Source of the DNA: Dehalococcoidia bacterium
GTDB lineage: Bacteria; Chloroflexota; Dehalococcoidia; Lucifugimonadales; UBA3495
Length of the DNA: 64,000 nt
Reading direction: 5' to 3'
Assembly (NCBI GenBank): GCA_965115825.1
Contig: OZ220464.1
Span: 2,901,945 to 2,965,944 of the forward strand
In this document: in pieces, positions 46,236-57,210 of the stretch
Numbering within the stretch: position 1 is the first letter of the stretch
How the letters are laid out: each line of letters begins with the position of its first letter
The notes under the pieces: generated by a model
The model's database searches: none
Seen by the model: only the letters and a program-made list of their open reading frames with translations
Told to the model about the DNA's origin: nothing
Position numbers and translations under genes: made by a program

Positions 46236-46280
46236 GTCAGAATCCGGATTTACGGGATTTACGGATTTTCAGGATTGGGG
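46236..46280 (+). repeat. Third copy of the phased GGATTT motif (GTCAGAATCCGGATTTACGGGATTTACGGATTTTCAGGATTGGGG)
   Basis: Same ~45-55-nt motif as at 60731-60775 (+) and 11829-11873 (-), here without the structured core. Confidence 0.8.
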
Positions 46281-46617
46281 CGTTCGGTTGCGTCCGGGTT
46301 TCAGCTGTGGCGCGCCTGTCAGGTATGGAAAGCGCCGCTAGCAGCGGCAGAAGGGTTGCAGGCGCATAGGCATAATTGTTTGGGAGGCGGTTTCCGTGGG
46401 AGCGGGCGGGGCGGACGTATAAGCTGAGCCGAGCATCGGCGTCGGTGCGGGGGATGCTGAGGTTGCGATTGGCTCACCGACGGACTCCGGCATGGCGGCC
46501 TGCGGCGGCGCTGCGATTGGCGCTACAACCGCGAAATCGCGGTTCTGGTTATGCCCGCTCCTCTTGCCCATACCCAGGGCTACGTTCATAATGACCCCAT
46601 CAGACAAAGGAGGCCCC

Positions 46618-47274
46618 ATGATGCCTGACTACGCCTATTTTGTTCAGATGGATATCCCTGACGATTGGGAAGCCGAGTTCAACCGGGTGTACGACACCGA
46701 GCACGCCAAATATCTTTGCCGAGCTCCCGGCGTCCGGTCTTGCCATCGCTACCGGCTGCTGTCCACCAACGCCGCCGCCTTCGCCCGCTACGCTGCCTTG
46801 TACGCCGTTGACGACCCCGGCGCGCCCTACTCTGACGGCTGGCGGATTGAGGGCGAAAAGGGCGATTGGGCGTCTAAAATCCGCCCTCACGCGACCAACC
46901 GCACCCACACTATGCTCAAGCGCATCGCCGACGCCGGCGACGCAACGGCCCACGTCGGCTATATCTTTATTGTCCAGACCGACATCCCCGCTGACGTCGA
47001 GGACGAGTTCAATCACCTGTATGATACCGTCCATCTCCCCGGCCTTTGTCGGGTTGACGGGGTGGTCAGCGGTCGCCGCTATCGGGTAGAGTCCACTAAC
47101 CTGGACGGCATCCGGAAGTACGCTGCCGTGTACCGGATTGAAAGCCCGGCAGTCGTTGACTCGGAGATTTGGCAGGCCGCAGCGCAGGACGAATGGACTG
47201 CTAAAATCCGTCCTCACTGTGTTGGCCTGACCCGCACTATGATGCAGCAGGTTGCCCGGCATCCCGCCGAATAG
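46618..47274 (+). CDS. Protein with two tandem ~105-aa ferredoxin-like (Dabb/DUF4286-like) repeats
   Basis: Internal duplication YAYFVQMDIPDDWEAEFNRVYDTEH.. / GYIFIVQTDIPADVEDEFNHLYDTVH... AAAGGAGG SD before ATG 46618. Confidence 0.6.
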   Translation: MMPDYAYFVQMDIPDDWEAEFNRVYDTEHAKYLCRAPGVRSCHRYRLLSTNAAAFARYAALYAVDDPGAPYSDGWRIEGEKGDWASKIRPHATNRTHTMLKRIADAGDATAHVGYIFIVQTDIPADVEDEFNHLYDTVHLPGLCRVDGVVSGRRYRVESTNLDGIRKYAAVYRIESPAVVDSEIWQAAAQDEWTAKIRPHCVGLTRTMMQQVARHPAE

Positions 47275-47307
47275 CCGCCATCACCCGGACGTTGCCAGAA
47301 TTGCCGG

Positions 47308-47844
47308 ATGACATTAGCGCACATGGACGTTGCCATCCATACCGACGGCGCCTGCCTGGGCAATCCCGGCCCCGGCGGATATGGCGTTATTCTCGACTAC
47401 CGGGGCCAGCGGAAAGAACTGTCCGGCGGATATGGACTTACTACCAACAACCGCATGGAGTTGCTGGCGGCTATCATCGGCCTAGAGGCTCTGAAGCGGC
47501 CCTGCCGGGTTACGCTGTACTCCGATTCCCGCTACCTAGTGGACTCCGTGAGCAAGGGCTGGGTTGCCCGGTGGCGCAAAAACGGCTGGATGCGCGACAA
47601 ACGCACGCCGGCCGTCAACTCCGACCTGTGGGAACGCTTGCTCAACCTGATGGAACGGATGGAGGCGTTGGGAGGCGGCGCCGAGTTCCACTGGGTGCGC
47701 GGCCACAGCGGCGACCCGGACAACGAACGCTGCGACGAACTCGCCAGCACCGCCGCGCAACAGCCCAACCTGCCCGCCGATCCCGGCTATCCGCCCGTTG
47801 ACTTCCGAAGGATGCCGATTCGACGCCCGCCGCCGCAGGCGTAA
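47308..47844 (+). CDS. rnhA: Ribonuclease HI
   Basis: HTDGACLGNPGPGGYG, TNNRMEL and W..V.GHSG...NE.CD.LA motifs. Confidence 0.9.
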   Translation: MTLAHMDVAIHTDGACLGNPGPGGYGVILDYRGQRKELSGGYGLTTNNRMELLAAIIGLEALKRPCRVTLYSDSRYLVDSVSKGWVARWRKNGWMRDKRTPAVNSDLWERLLNLMERMEALGGGAEFHWVRGHSGDPDNERCDELASTAAQQPNLPADPGYPPVDFRRMPIRRPPPQA

Positions 47845-47953
47845 ATCGGTATGGGCGTGGATGGAAGGAGCGGCCGGCCCCGAGGGGTAGCCGCTGAAGG
47901 AGCGGCTCGCTGCCGGTCGCTGGCCTGCAATTGTACAGAACCCGGGCCGTTAG

Positions 47954-47983
47954 TTGCAACAGGGCGCGCGGATTCGCTACAAT
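47954..47983 (+). promoter_or_regulatory. Candidate sigma70-type promoter for the EF-G-like gene
   Basis: TTGCAA (47954-47959), 18-nt spacer, TACAAT (47978-47983); ~50 nt upstream of ATG 48035. Confidence 0.4.
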
Positions 47984-48034
47984 CGGGAAATCACACTGCC
48001 CTGATCGATGCACCGACCGAAAGAGGTAATCACC

Positions 48035-50062
48035 ATGGCTGTATCCGCCAGTACCATCCGAAACGTTGCGCTCCTCTCTCACAGCGGCGCTGGCAAGACT
48101 TCCCTTGCCGAAACCATGCTGTTCAATGCCAAAGTGATTAACCGCATTGGGCGAGTGGAAGACGGCAACACCGTCTCCGACTACGAACCCGAAGAAGCGA
48201 AGCGCGCGGCCAGCGTCCAGACGAGCCTGCTCCGCTTCACTGAGGGCGACGACAAGGTCAACCTGCTGGACACGCCCGGCTACGACGAGTTCCTAGGCGA
48301 GGCCATCGCTGCGCTGCGCGTGGTCGAGTCCGCCCTCATTCTGGTGGCTGCGCCCTCCGGCGTGGACGTGGGCACCGAACGGGCATGGGACCTGGCCCGA
48401 GGACGGAAGCTCCCCATTGCCATCCTGCTCAACAAGATGGACCGGGAAAACGCCAGCTTCGAGCGCAACGTCCAGCAAATCCAGGACATTTTCGGGAGCC
48501 AGTGCGTTCCATTCCAGCTGCCCATTGGCGAAGCCCAGGACTTCACCGGACTCGTCAGCGTCATTGACCCGCCGGCCGATATTCCCGATGGCGTAATCGG
48601 AGACTTTGAGGCTGCCCGCGAGCGCATCATCGAGGCCGTGGCCGAATCCGATGACGCTCTGGCCGACAAGTACTTGGAGGGTGAAGAAATCACCGCCGCC
48701 GAAGTAACCGCCGGCGCTCGGGAGGCCATTCGCAACGGCGACCTGACGCCTATCCTAGTATCCTCGGCGACGCAGAACATCGGAGTTGCCGAGCTGGCGC
48801 AGGTCGTCCGCGATTTCCTGCCTTCTCCGGCCGACCTGCCGGCAACCTCCGGCGACGACAGCATCACACCTGACTCCGCCGGCCCGCTGGCGGCCCTGGT
48901 CTTCAAGACTACCTCGGACCCATTCGTGGGCAAGTTGTCAATGTTCCGAGTCTATCGCGGCGTCGCCAACTCCAACGGAGAAGTCTATAACAGCAATAAG
49001 GGAGAATCCGAGCGCCTGGGTCAGCTGTATCTGCCCCAGGGCAAAACCCAGGACAACGTGGCCGAAGTGGTGGCGGGGGACATCGGCGCCATTGGCAAGC
49101 TCAACGCCACTCTAACCGGCGATACGCTGTGCGCCAGCGACAACCGGGTTACGCTGCCCGGCGTCGCTTTCCCGCAAGGTTTCTATTCCCTGGCGGTGAT
49201 GCCGGCCACCCAGGCCGACCTGGACAAGATGTCCACCTCTCTGGCGCGCATTGTTGAGGACGACCCCAGCCTGCAATTCACCCGGAATCCGGAAACCAGC
49301 GAAAGCCTGCTCACCGGCCTGGGGGAGGTGCAGATTGAGGTGGCCCTGGACCGCATCAAGCGCAAGTTCGGCGCGAACCTGAACGTCAAGCTGCCTGTGG
49401 TTCCTTATCGGGAGACCATCACGCAGATTACCAACTCCGAATATCGGCACAAGAAGCAGACCGGCGGCAGCGGCCAGTACGGCCACGTGTTGCTGCGTTT
49501 GGAGCCTATGACCCGCGATGAGGGGTTTGAGTTTGGCAACGAAGTGGTCGGCGGGCGGGTGCCCCGGGAGCTGATTCCGGCGGTGGAAAAGGGCGTGGTC
49601 AACACCTTGAAAGAGGGCGTACTGGCGGGCTTCCCAGTGGTTGACCTGAAGGCCGTCATTTACGATGGCAGCACACACCCGGTGGACGGGAAACCCATCG
49701 CCTTTGAGATTGCCGGCAGCCAGGCGTTGCGGCAGGGTATGCAGAAGGCGTCGCCCGTGCTGCTGGAGCCCATCGTCAGGCTGTACGTTACCGTTCCCGA
49801 AACGTACACCGGGGACATAATCAGCGACCTGAACAGCAAGCGGGGCCGCATTCTGGGCATGAACCCTGAAACGCGCTACACTGTCATTGAGGCGGAGGTA
49901 CCCCATGCCGAAGTGCAGCGCTACTCCCAGGATCTGCGCTCCATGACCGGCGGGCGCGGCTCTTACCGCTATGAGTTCGACCACTACGAGCAAGTCCCGC
50001 AGAATATCGAGCAACGGGTTATTGACACCGCCAAGCAAGCCAAGGAGGCAGCGACGGCGTAA
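48035..50062 (+). CDS. EF-G family translational GTPase (fusA-like, possibly an EF-G2-type paralog)
   Basis: G1 SHSGAGKTSL, DTPGYDEF, NKMD, and domains III-V recognisable (..HPVDGK..). Confidence 0.85.
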   Translation: MAVSASTIRNVALLSHSGAGKTSLAETMLFNAKVINRIGRVEDGNTVSDYEPEEAKRAASVQTSLLRFTEGDDKVNLLDTPGYDEFLGEAIAALRVVESALILVAAPSGVDVGTERAWDLARGRKLPIAILLNKMDRENASFERNVQQIQDIFGSQCVPFQLPIGEAQDFTGLVSVIDPPADIPDGVIGDFEAARERIIEAVAESDDALADKYLEGEEITAAEVTAGAREAIRNGDLTPILVSSATQNIGVAELAQVVRDFLPSPADLPATSGDDSITPDSAGPLAALVFKTTSDPFVGKLSMFRVYRGVANSNGEVYNSNKGESERLGQLYLPQGKTQDNVAEVVAGDIGAIGKLNATLTGDTLCASDNRVTLPGVAFPQGFYSLAVMPATQADLDKMSTSLARIVEDDPSLQFTRNPETSESLLTGLGEVQIEVALDRIKRKFGANLNVKLPVVPYRETITQITNSEYRHKKQTGGSGQYGHVLLRLEPMTRDEGFEFGNEVVGGRVPRELIPAVEKGVVNTLKEGVLAGFPVVDLKAVIYDGSTHPVDGKPIAFEIAGSQALRQGMQKASPVLLEPIVRLYVTVPETYTGDIISDLNSKRGRILGMNPETRYTVIEAEVPHAEVQRYSQDLRSMTGGRGSYRYEFDHYEQVPQNIEQRVIDTAKQAKEAATA

Positions 50063-50108
50063 ATCGAACCTGCCCCGTGGTCATTCCGGGGAAAGACGGA
50101 ATCCGGCA

Positions 50109-50131
50109 GGGGCGGGCTCCAAGCCCGCCCC
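50109..50131. terminator. GC-rich hairpin between convergent genes (candidate bidirectional terminator)
   Basis: ggggcgggc (50109-50117) / gcccgcccc (50123-50131), 5-nt loop. Lies between the EF-G-like stop (50062) and the Uma2 stop (50162). Confidence 0.45.
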
Positions 50132-50161
50132 TTACGCGGCATCGGACAAGTGACAGGCCCT

Positions 50162-50743
50162 TTACCATGGGCCGGTAAATACCTCGGATACCGCAATCGC
50201 CAGGCCGGGTATGGCTATCGTGGTGATAACATCTCTAACAGTGTACAGCCTTTGCGCAGCATACACACCCAGCCCGCCGTTCGTCGTTGGGCCAGAGAGC
50301 CCCAGCACCGTTTCAGCTTCGGTATCCAGAATGTAGTACTCGGGGATGCCATACCGAGCGTACAGCTCTCGCTTTGTCTCTAAGTCTCGAGCGGGATTAG
50401 ATGGGGAGAGTATTTCTGCAACCAAGTTGGGCGGGCCTTCGCAGCCGCGCAGTTTGATGATACGCCTTCGGTCGGGCGCTACGAAGAACATATCCGGCTG
50501 GACAGTGGTTCCGTCTGCCAAAATCAGGTCGGTGGGAGCAAAGAAGAGCTCGCCAGGTTGACTGAATCGGGAAAGGCGAGCCTCAAAAGCGGCAACCCAG
50601 CGTCGCAACGTTCGTTGATGTTTAGTATTTGGAGATGGAGCCATTTTGTACAGCACTCCGTCGATAAGCTCCCACCGCTCGCCCTCCGGCGTGGCGAAAT
50701 AGTCTTTGTAGGTGTACTTGCCTTTCGGTTTTGCGATAGCCAT
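50162..50743 (-). CDS. Uma2 (DUF820) family putative endonuclease
   Basis: YTYKDYFATPEGERWELIDGVLY, VQPDMFFV, VAEILSPSN, K..LYARYGIPEYYILD pattern. Confidence 0.8.
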   Translation of the reverse strand: MAIAKPKGKYTYKDYFATPEGERWELIDGVLYKMAPSPNTKHQRTLRRWVAAFEARLSRFSQPGELFFAPTDLILADGTTVQPDMFFVAPDRRRIIKLRGCEGPPNLVAEILSPSNPARDLETKRELYARYGIPEYYILDTEAETVLGLSGPTTNGGLGVYAAQRLYTVRDVITTIAIPGLAIAVSEVFTGPW

Positions 50744-50787
50744 GACGGCCTCCGGTTTTTGGGCGGTTTCCCGCTTTATTTCAGCGG

Positions 50788-52464
<1,677 letters not shown>

Positions 52465-52488
52465 GGGGAGGCTCCTGTTGGATAAGCG

Positions 52489-53043
52489 TCAGTAAGTGAA
52501 TATGTCGGCAACGGGGCAGCTGAAGCCCGGCAGGACGGGTTCGCAAGTCAAGGTTTCTGCGGGGCCGAACACCTGCACTGCGCCGTCGGGGTGGTGGGCG
52601 CGTATTTCTTGCGGCACGGGATAGACGACCAGAACGAGCCGCACGCCGGCGTCCGGCCACAGGTGAATTTTGCGGTCGACGGACGGCTGCCTATCGTTGG
52701 GGGAGAGAACCTCCACTACCAGGTCGGGGATAACCTGCGCGTAGCCTCGAGGCTGCGGTCGGTTGGCCATTCGCTCGTAGGAGATGTAGGCGTAGTCGGG
52801 AGCGAGGACGGTATCCGGGTCAACTGCGATCCAGAAACCGGTTTCTGCCATCCGGCCTCGACCGAGGCTGTGCTGGTGGGCGAAAGAACTAATTCGCCAA
52901 GACACTTCACTTCCGACAAAACCGTGGTTGTCGCTGGCCGGCGGCATTTCAATCAGTTCTCCCTGGATTAGTTCTCGGCGCATACCGTCGTCAGACATTG
53001 CCAGCAGGTCGGCGGCGGTGAGCAGTTTTTTGGCGGTAATCAT
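52489..53043 (-). CDS. Uma2 (DUF820) family putative endonuclease
   Basis: RRELIQGELIEMPP, LAPDYAYI, PDLVVEVLSPND and K...W...GVRLVLVVYP pattern. Confidence 0.8.
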   Translation of the reverse strand: MITAKKLLTAADLLAMSDDGMRRELIQGELIEMPPASDNHGFVGSEVSWRISSFAHQHSLGRGRMAETGFWIAVDPDTVLAPDYAYISYERMANRPQPRGYAQVIPDLVVEVLSPNDRQPSVDRKIHLWPDAGVRLVLVVYPVPQEIRAHHPDGAVQVFGPAETLTCEPVLPGFSCPVADIFTY

Positions 53044-53110
53044 CGGGAGTCCTCCGGTTCGGGTGGGCGGACGATTGGGGTGAACACAGTATAGCGCAAG
53101 CGGGGTTCAG

Positions 53111-55939
53111 CTATTGGCCGGTTTGCTCGGCCTCTGCCTTGGCGAGGTTCAATGCCAGTAGTCGCTCCAGTATCTCGCCGTCGGCCAAGTCGGGGGGCCA
53201 GCCGTAGGCGTCGGCTACCGCCGCGTCGAGCCTGTCGTGGGCGTGGGCCAGCCAAGTGGGATATTCGTTGTAGAGGTTGGTAAGGGTGCGCCGGCGCAGT
53301 TGGTCGGGGTCAAGTGCCGGATTGCCGAACAGGTCAGTGGGGTTCAGCCAATTTTCCCGCAGCCGGTTCAATTCGTATGCGGCGGTGGCGATAACCTCGC
53401 GCTGTTTGTCGGTTGGCTCCGGGAACGGGAACATCTCAAAGCAGGTGGTGGGCGTGTAACGATTAGCCGATTCGGACTCGCGTAGCTGTGACCCTGCGCC
53501 AGTAGCCCAGAGGGTATGGGTGCGGCTTTGAAGGATGCCGAAGAAGTAGTCGTCATCCCGCGCGAATACGATAACGGTGTTTGCGGGCAGAACGGCACCG
53601 TTGATCCAGGCGAATATCCGGTGCTTGGATACACCGCTAGTTCCGATGTATCGCGGCAATCCGGTTAGAGCCTCCCGCATTTGCTCTCTGGGAATACCTA
53701 AACGCCACCAATTCCTGCTTACCCTGACATCTCGGTGGCTGCCCCGGCCGGGTTTCACTTCCCGGAGAACATATTCAAACGGGGCTTCGTAAAGGGCGGC
53801 GTCCGACTCTGACCTATCCGCGCCAAAGTCGATAATCCACATATCGCTGGGATCCTGGTTAATGTCTCGGCCGTTCAGCCAAGGCTTTACGACGTCGCTG
53901 TTGGGTTTGCCATGGGGGTTAGGCCGACGCAGCATATCTGCTGCGACTTCGTGATCAATTTCAAAAGGGCCGATTTTGGTAATTCCCATAAAGCTGATGC
54001 CGGCGTTTTCGGGGAGGGTTTTGGCGCGGGTCAAGTCGGCGCCGCCGGTGAGGTCGGGGTTGATGTTGTTGACAGGATCGCCGTCCAGCATGCGGGCGGT
54101 CTCGCTGCCGTCGTCGAAGCAGATTATGGAGATATGGACGTTGGCCGGCGGGCGTCCGCCGTATTCATCATTGCTATTGCCGTTGCCGTTTTCGTCGTTA
54201 TCGGGCGGGTCGTTGGGCTTCCATTCCCGGTCGGATACCACGTGAAAGATGTCGCCGGTTGCCTTGATGCGCTCCAGCACCGGGCGATTTGACTGGAAGC
54301 GGATGGCTTGAGTCGCCAAGAGGCCGGCGCGACGAGTATTGCCGGCTTCGATCATGGCGCGCGCCTTTTCAAACCAGTAACAGCATAAGTCGCTGGAGTT
54401 GGGGATACGGTCGCGGTAGAGGGCATAAATCGCGTCGGCGCGTTGGTCGCCCAGGCGTTCCCGGAAAGAAACGTGGCCGAGGAAAGGGGGATTGCCGACG
54501 ATGTAGTCTGCGGCGGGCCATTCGGGTTCCGCCGGCCGCTCCGGGTCTGCGAGGTCGATGATGGCGTCGCGGCGCTGAATGGTGTTCAGAGAGCCCAGCA
54601 CGGGCTCTCTGTTGTATTGGTGGCCGTTTTCAATCAGCCATTGCAGATGGCCAATCCAGAGGGCAGTGCGGGCCAGGTCGCTGGCGTACTCGTTGGTTTC
54701 GATGCCGTAGAACTGGGTCGGAGACACCTCCGGCAGGAAGCCGCGCAGTTCCAAGTCGGCGGCCCGCATCAGCACTCTTTTCTCCAAGTCGTGAATTTGG
54801 CGTAGGGAAACGTAGAGGAAGTTGCCGCTGCCGCAGGCCGGGTCCAGAACGCGCACTGAAGACAGACGGCTCTGGTAGTTCTGCAAGAGCCGGCGGATTT
54901 TGACGTCATCCCGCCGGCCTCCCGGCATCAGCATTACGCCGATGTCGGCTTCGACCTGGTTCCATTCGGCGCGCAATGGGTACATTACCACCGGATCGAC
55001 TACGGTGAGGATGTCGGCTTCGGTGGTGTATTCCGCGCCAATCAGCATTTCCTTGTCGGGGTCAACCACTCGCTCGAACAGCGTGCCGAATATGGAGGGC
55101 GCGATGTGGGCCCAGTTTCGTTCGGTAGCTTCGGCCAGTCGTTCCAGTTCGTAGGGCTCCATGAGAACGGTGTCCGGCTTTTTGAACAGGTCGCCGTTGA
55201 AGTGGCGAATCGGGCTGACGCCAAACCGCCCGCCTTCGTTCATGCGCTGGAACAACTCCTGTACGCCCCGGTCGAACTCGATAGGGCTGGAGAGGTAGTT
55301 TTCGCAAAGTCGGGTAACGACCCGATCCGGAAGCAATCCCACGTCCTGGGCGAAGAAGCAGAAGACCAGTCGGTTAAGGAACCGGGCGACTTCCAGAGAG
55401 TCGATTCCGCGCTGGCGCATGGAACCGGCGATAGCCGCAAAAATGTTGGCGGTCGCCTCAGTGACCTGGCTGGGGGTGATGTCCGGTTCCAGCGAGTCTG
55501 TGTTGTGAAAGAGTCCGTGGAGTATCGCCAGGGATTCGGGCTCGTGCAGGAAATCCAACCGGATCTCGTGGACGATGGGCACCTTGTTGGTGAAGTTGGT
55601 ATGAACCCGGATGGTCTGGAAGTCGGACACTACCAGCAGGGGAGGGTTATTCAGAGCCTCCCGGTAGCGCAGCAGTTGACGATACGCCTCATCCAGATCC
55701 CGGTGCAGCCCCTTGAACTCCCAGGCGAAGTAGCCGTTCTTGTACACGTCGGCGCGGCCTCGGCGTCCAGCGGCTTCGCGGACGGAGCGTTCGAAGGTGT
55801 ACCACTGCTGCCGGGGGTCCATCTCGGCCGGGGTGGGATGTTCCACTACGCGGCAGAGGTCAAGGAACCACTCCTGCGCACCGGCGGATTCCTGGCCGCG
55901 ATTGCGGCGCCACTTGGAGATGAACTCATGGGGGGTCAT
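53111..55939 (-). CDS. MmeI-family type IIL restriction-modification enzyme (nuclease + N6A MTase + TRD in one chain)
   Basis: N-terminus ..YTFERSV...GRADVYKNGYFAWEFKG...LDEAYRQLLRY...NPPLLVVSDFQTIRVHTNF with exact D-X9-E-X-K spacing. Also VLDPACGSGNFLY and IVGNPPFLG. Confidence 0.85.
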   Translation of the reverse strand: MTPHEFISKWRRNRGQESAGAQEWFLDLCRVVEHPTPAEMDPRQQWYTFERSVREAAGRRGRADVYKNGYFAWEFKGLHRDLDEAYRQLLRYREALNNPPLLVVSDFQTIRVHTNFTNKVPIVHEIRLDFLHEPESLAILHGLFHNTDSLEPDITPSQVTEATANIFAAIAGSMRQRGIDSLEVARFLNRLVFCFFAQDVGLLPDRVVTRLCENYLSSPIEFDRGVQELFQRMNEGGRFGVSPIRHFNGDLFKKPDTVLMEPYELERLAEATERNWAHIAPSIFGTLFERVVDPDKEMLIGAEYTTEADILTVVDPVVMYPLRAEWNQVEADIGVMLMPGGRRDDVKIRRLLQNYQSRLSSVRVLDPACGSGNFLYVSLRQIHDLEKRVLMRAADLELRGFLPEVSPTQFYGIETNEYASDLARTALWIGHLQWLIENGHQYNREPVLGSLNTIQRRDAIIDLADPERPAEPEWPAADYIVGNPPFLGHVSFRERLGDQRADAIYALYRDRIPNSSDLCCYWFEKARAMIEAGNTRRAGLLATQAIRFQSNRPVLERIKATGDIFHVVSDREWKPNDPPDNDENGNGNSNDEYGGRPPANVHISIICFDDGSETARMLDGDPVNNINPDLTGGADLTRAKTLPENAGISFMGITKIGPFEIDHEVAADMLRRPNPHGKPNSDVVKPWLNGRDINQDPSDMWIIDFGADRSESDAALYEAPFEYVLREVKPGRGSHRDVRVSRNWWRLGIPREQMREALTGLPRYIGTSGVSKHRIFAWINGAVLPANTVIVFARDDDYFFGILQSRTHTLWATGAGSQLRESESANRYTPTTCFEMFPFPEPTDKQREVIATAAYELNRLRENWLNPTDLFGNPALDPDQLRRRTLTNLYNEYPTWLAHAHDRLDAAVADAYGWPPDLADGEILERLLALNLAKAEAEQTGQ

Positions 55940-55941
55940 GG

Positions 55942-57162
55942 CTATGCTATCAGGCGGAGGAAGCGGCGGCGGCCGGCTCGGATTACGTCGCCGGGGGCCA
56001 GGGTTGGGGTATCTGCGGTTGACACGCTGACTCGCTCGCCGTTGGGGCGGATGATTGCGACGGCGCTCTGGCTAATCAGGCGGCGGGCTTCGGCGTTGCT
56101 GGACGCCAGGCCGGTCTGGGTCAGCACGCGGGTGATGGGCTGTCCGACAACGTCGGCCAGGCTGAGCTCGGGTATATCGTCGGGGAGGTCGCGGCGCTGG
56201 ACTACCCGCTCGAAGTGGGTTTCGGCGGCGTGGGCGGCGTGGGCGTCGTGGAAGGCGGCGGTGATGTGTCGGGCGAGGGCCTTTTTGAAGTCCATGGGGT
56301 TGGCGGTTGCGGAGGCCATGGCTTGCCGCATTTCGGCGATGTCGGCGTCAGGGACGTCGGTGAGGTATTCGTAGTAGGGGGCGATGAGGTCGTCGGGCAG
56401 AGACATTAGCTTGCCGTACATTTCCTGGGGCGGCTCTTCCAGGGCTACGTAGTTGCCCAGGCTCTTGCTCATTTTCTGGACGCCGTCGGTGCCGACGAGG
56501 ATGGGCATCATGAAGCACTGCTGGGGGGGCTGGCCCATCATGCCTTGCAGCTCGCGGCCTACCAGGAGGTTAAACATCTGGTCGGTGCCGCCAAACTCGA
56601 CGTCGGATTTGATGACTACCGAGTCGTAGGCCTGCATCAGGGGATAGAGCAATTCGGTGATGGCGATGGGGCGGTTTTCGGCGTAGCGGTTGGCGAAGTC
56701 TTCACGGTGGAGGAATTGGTTGACGGTGAAGCGGCCGGTCAGTTCGATGACGTTGGCCAGGGTGAACTGTCCGAACCACTGGCTTTGCCATTCGACCTGG
56801 GTACGCTGGCGGTCAACGACTTTGAAGAACTGGCGCATATAGGATTCGGCATTTTCCAGAACTTCAGCGTGGCTGAGCATGTTGCGGGTGGCCGAGCGTC
56901 CGGAGGGGTCGCCGATCTGGGCGGTCCAGTCGCCGACGATGAGGATGACCTGGTGTCCCAAGTCCTGGAGTTGGCGGAGCTTGCGGAGGCCGACAACATG
57001 GCCGAGGTGGATGTCGGGCCGGCTGGGGTCGAAGCCCATTTTGAGACGCAGGGCCCGGCCGCTTTGGAGCATGGCCGTGAACTCGTCTTCGGAGATGATA
57101 CGGCTGACGCCGCGCCGGGTGATGGGGGCGAGGTTTGCGGGGATGTGTACTCGGCTGGTCAC
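55942..57162 (-). CDS. tyrS: Tyrosine--tRNA ligase
   Basis: GFDPSRPDIHLGH, KMSKSLGN and a C-terminal S4-like domain. Confidence 0.92.
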   Translation of the reverse strand: MTSRVHIPANLAPITRRGVSRIISEDEFTAMLQSGRALRLKMGFDPSRPDIHLGHVVGLRKLRQLQDLGHQVILIVGDWTAQIGDPSGRSATRNMLSHAEVLENAESYMRQFFKVVDRQRTQVEWQSQWFGQFTLANVIELTGRFTVNQFLHREDFANRYAENRPIAITELLYPLMQAYDSVVIKSDVEFGGTDQMFNLLVGRELQGMMGQPPQQCFMMPILVGTDGVQKMSKSLGNYVALEEPPQEMYGKLMSLPDDLIAPYYEYLTDVPDADIAEMRQAMASATANPMDFKKALARHITAAFHDAHAAHAAETHFERVVQRRDLPDDIPELSLADVVGQPITRVLTQTGLASSNAEARRLISQSAVAIIRPNGERVSVSTADTPTLAPGDVIRAGRRRFLRLIA

Positions 57163-57210
57163 GCTGCCAACTCCTTGTCATTCCCGGGGGAACGGGAATC
57201 CGCCGGCCGG

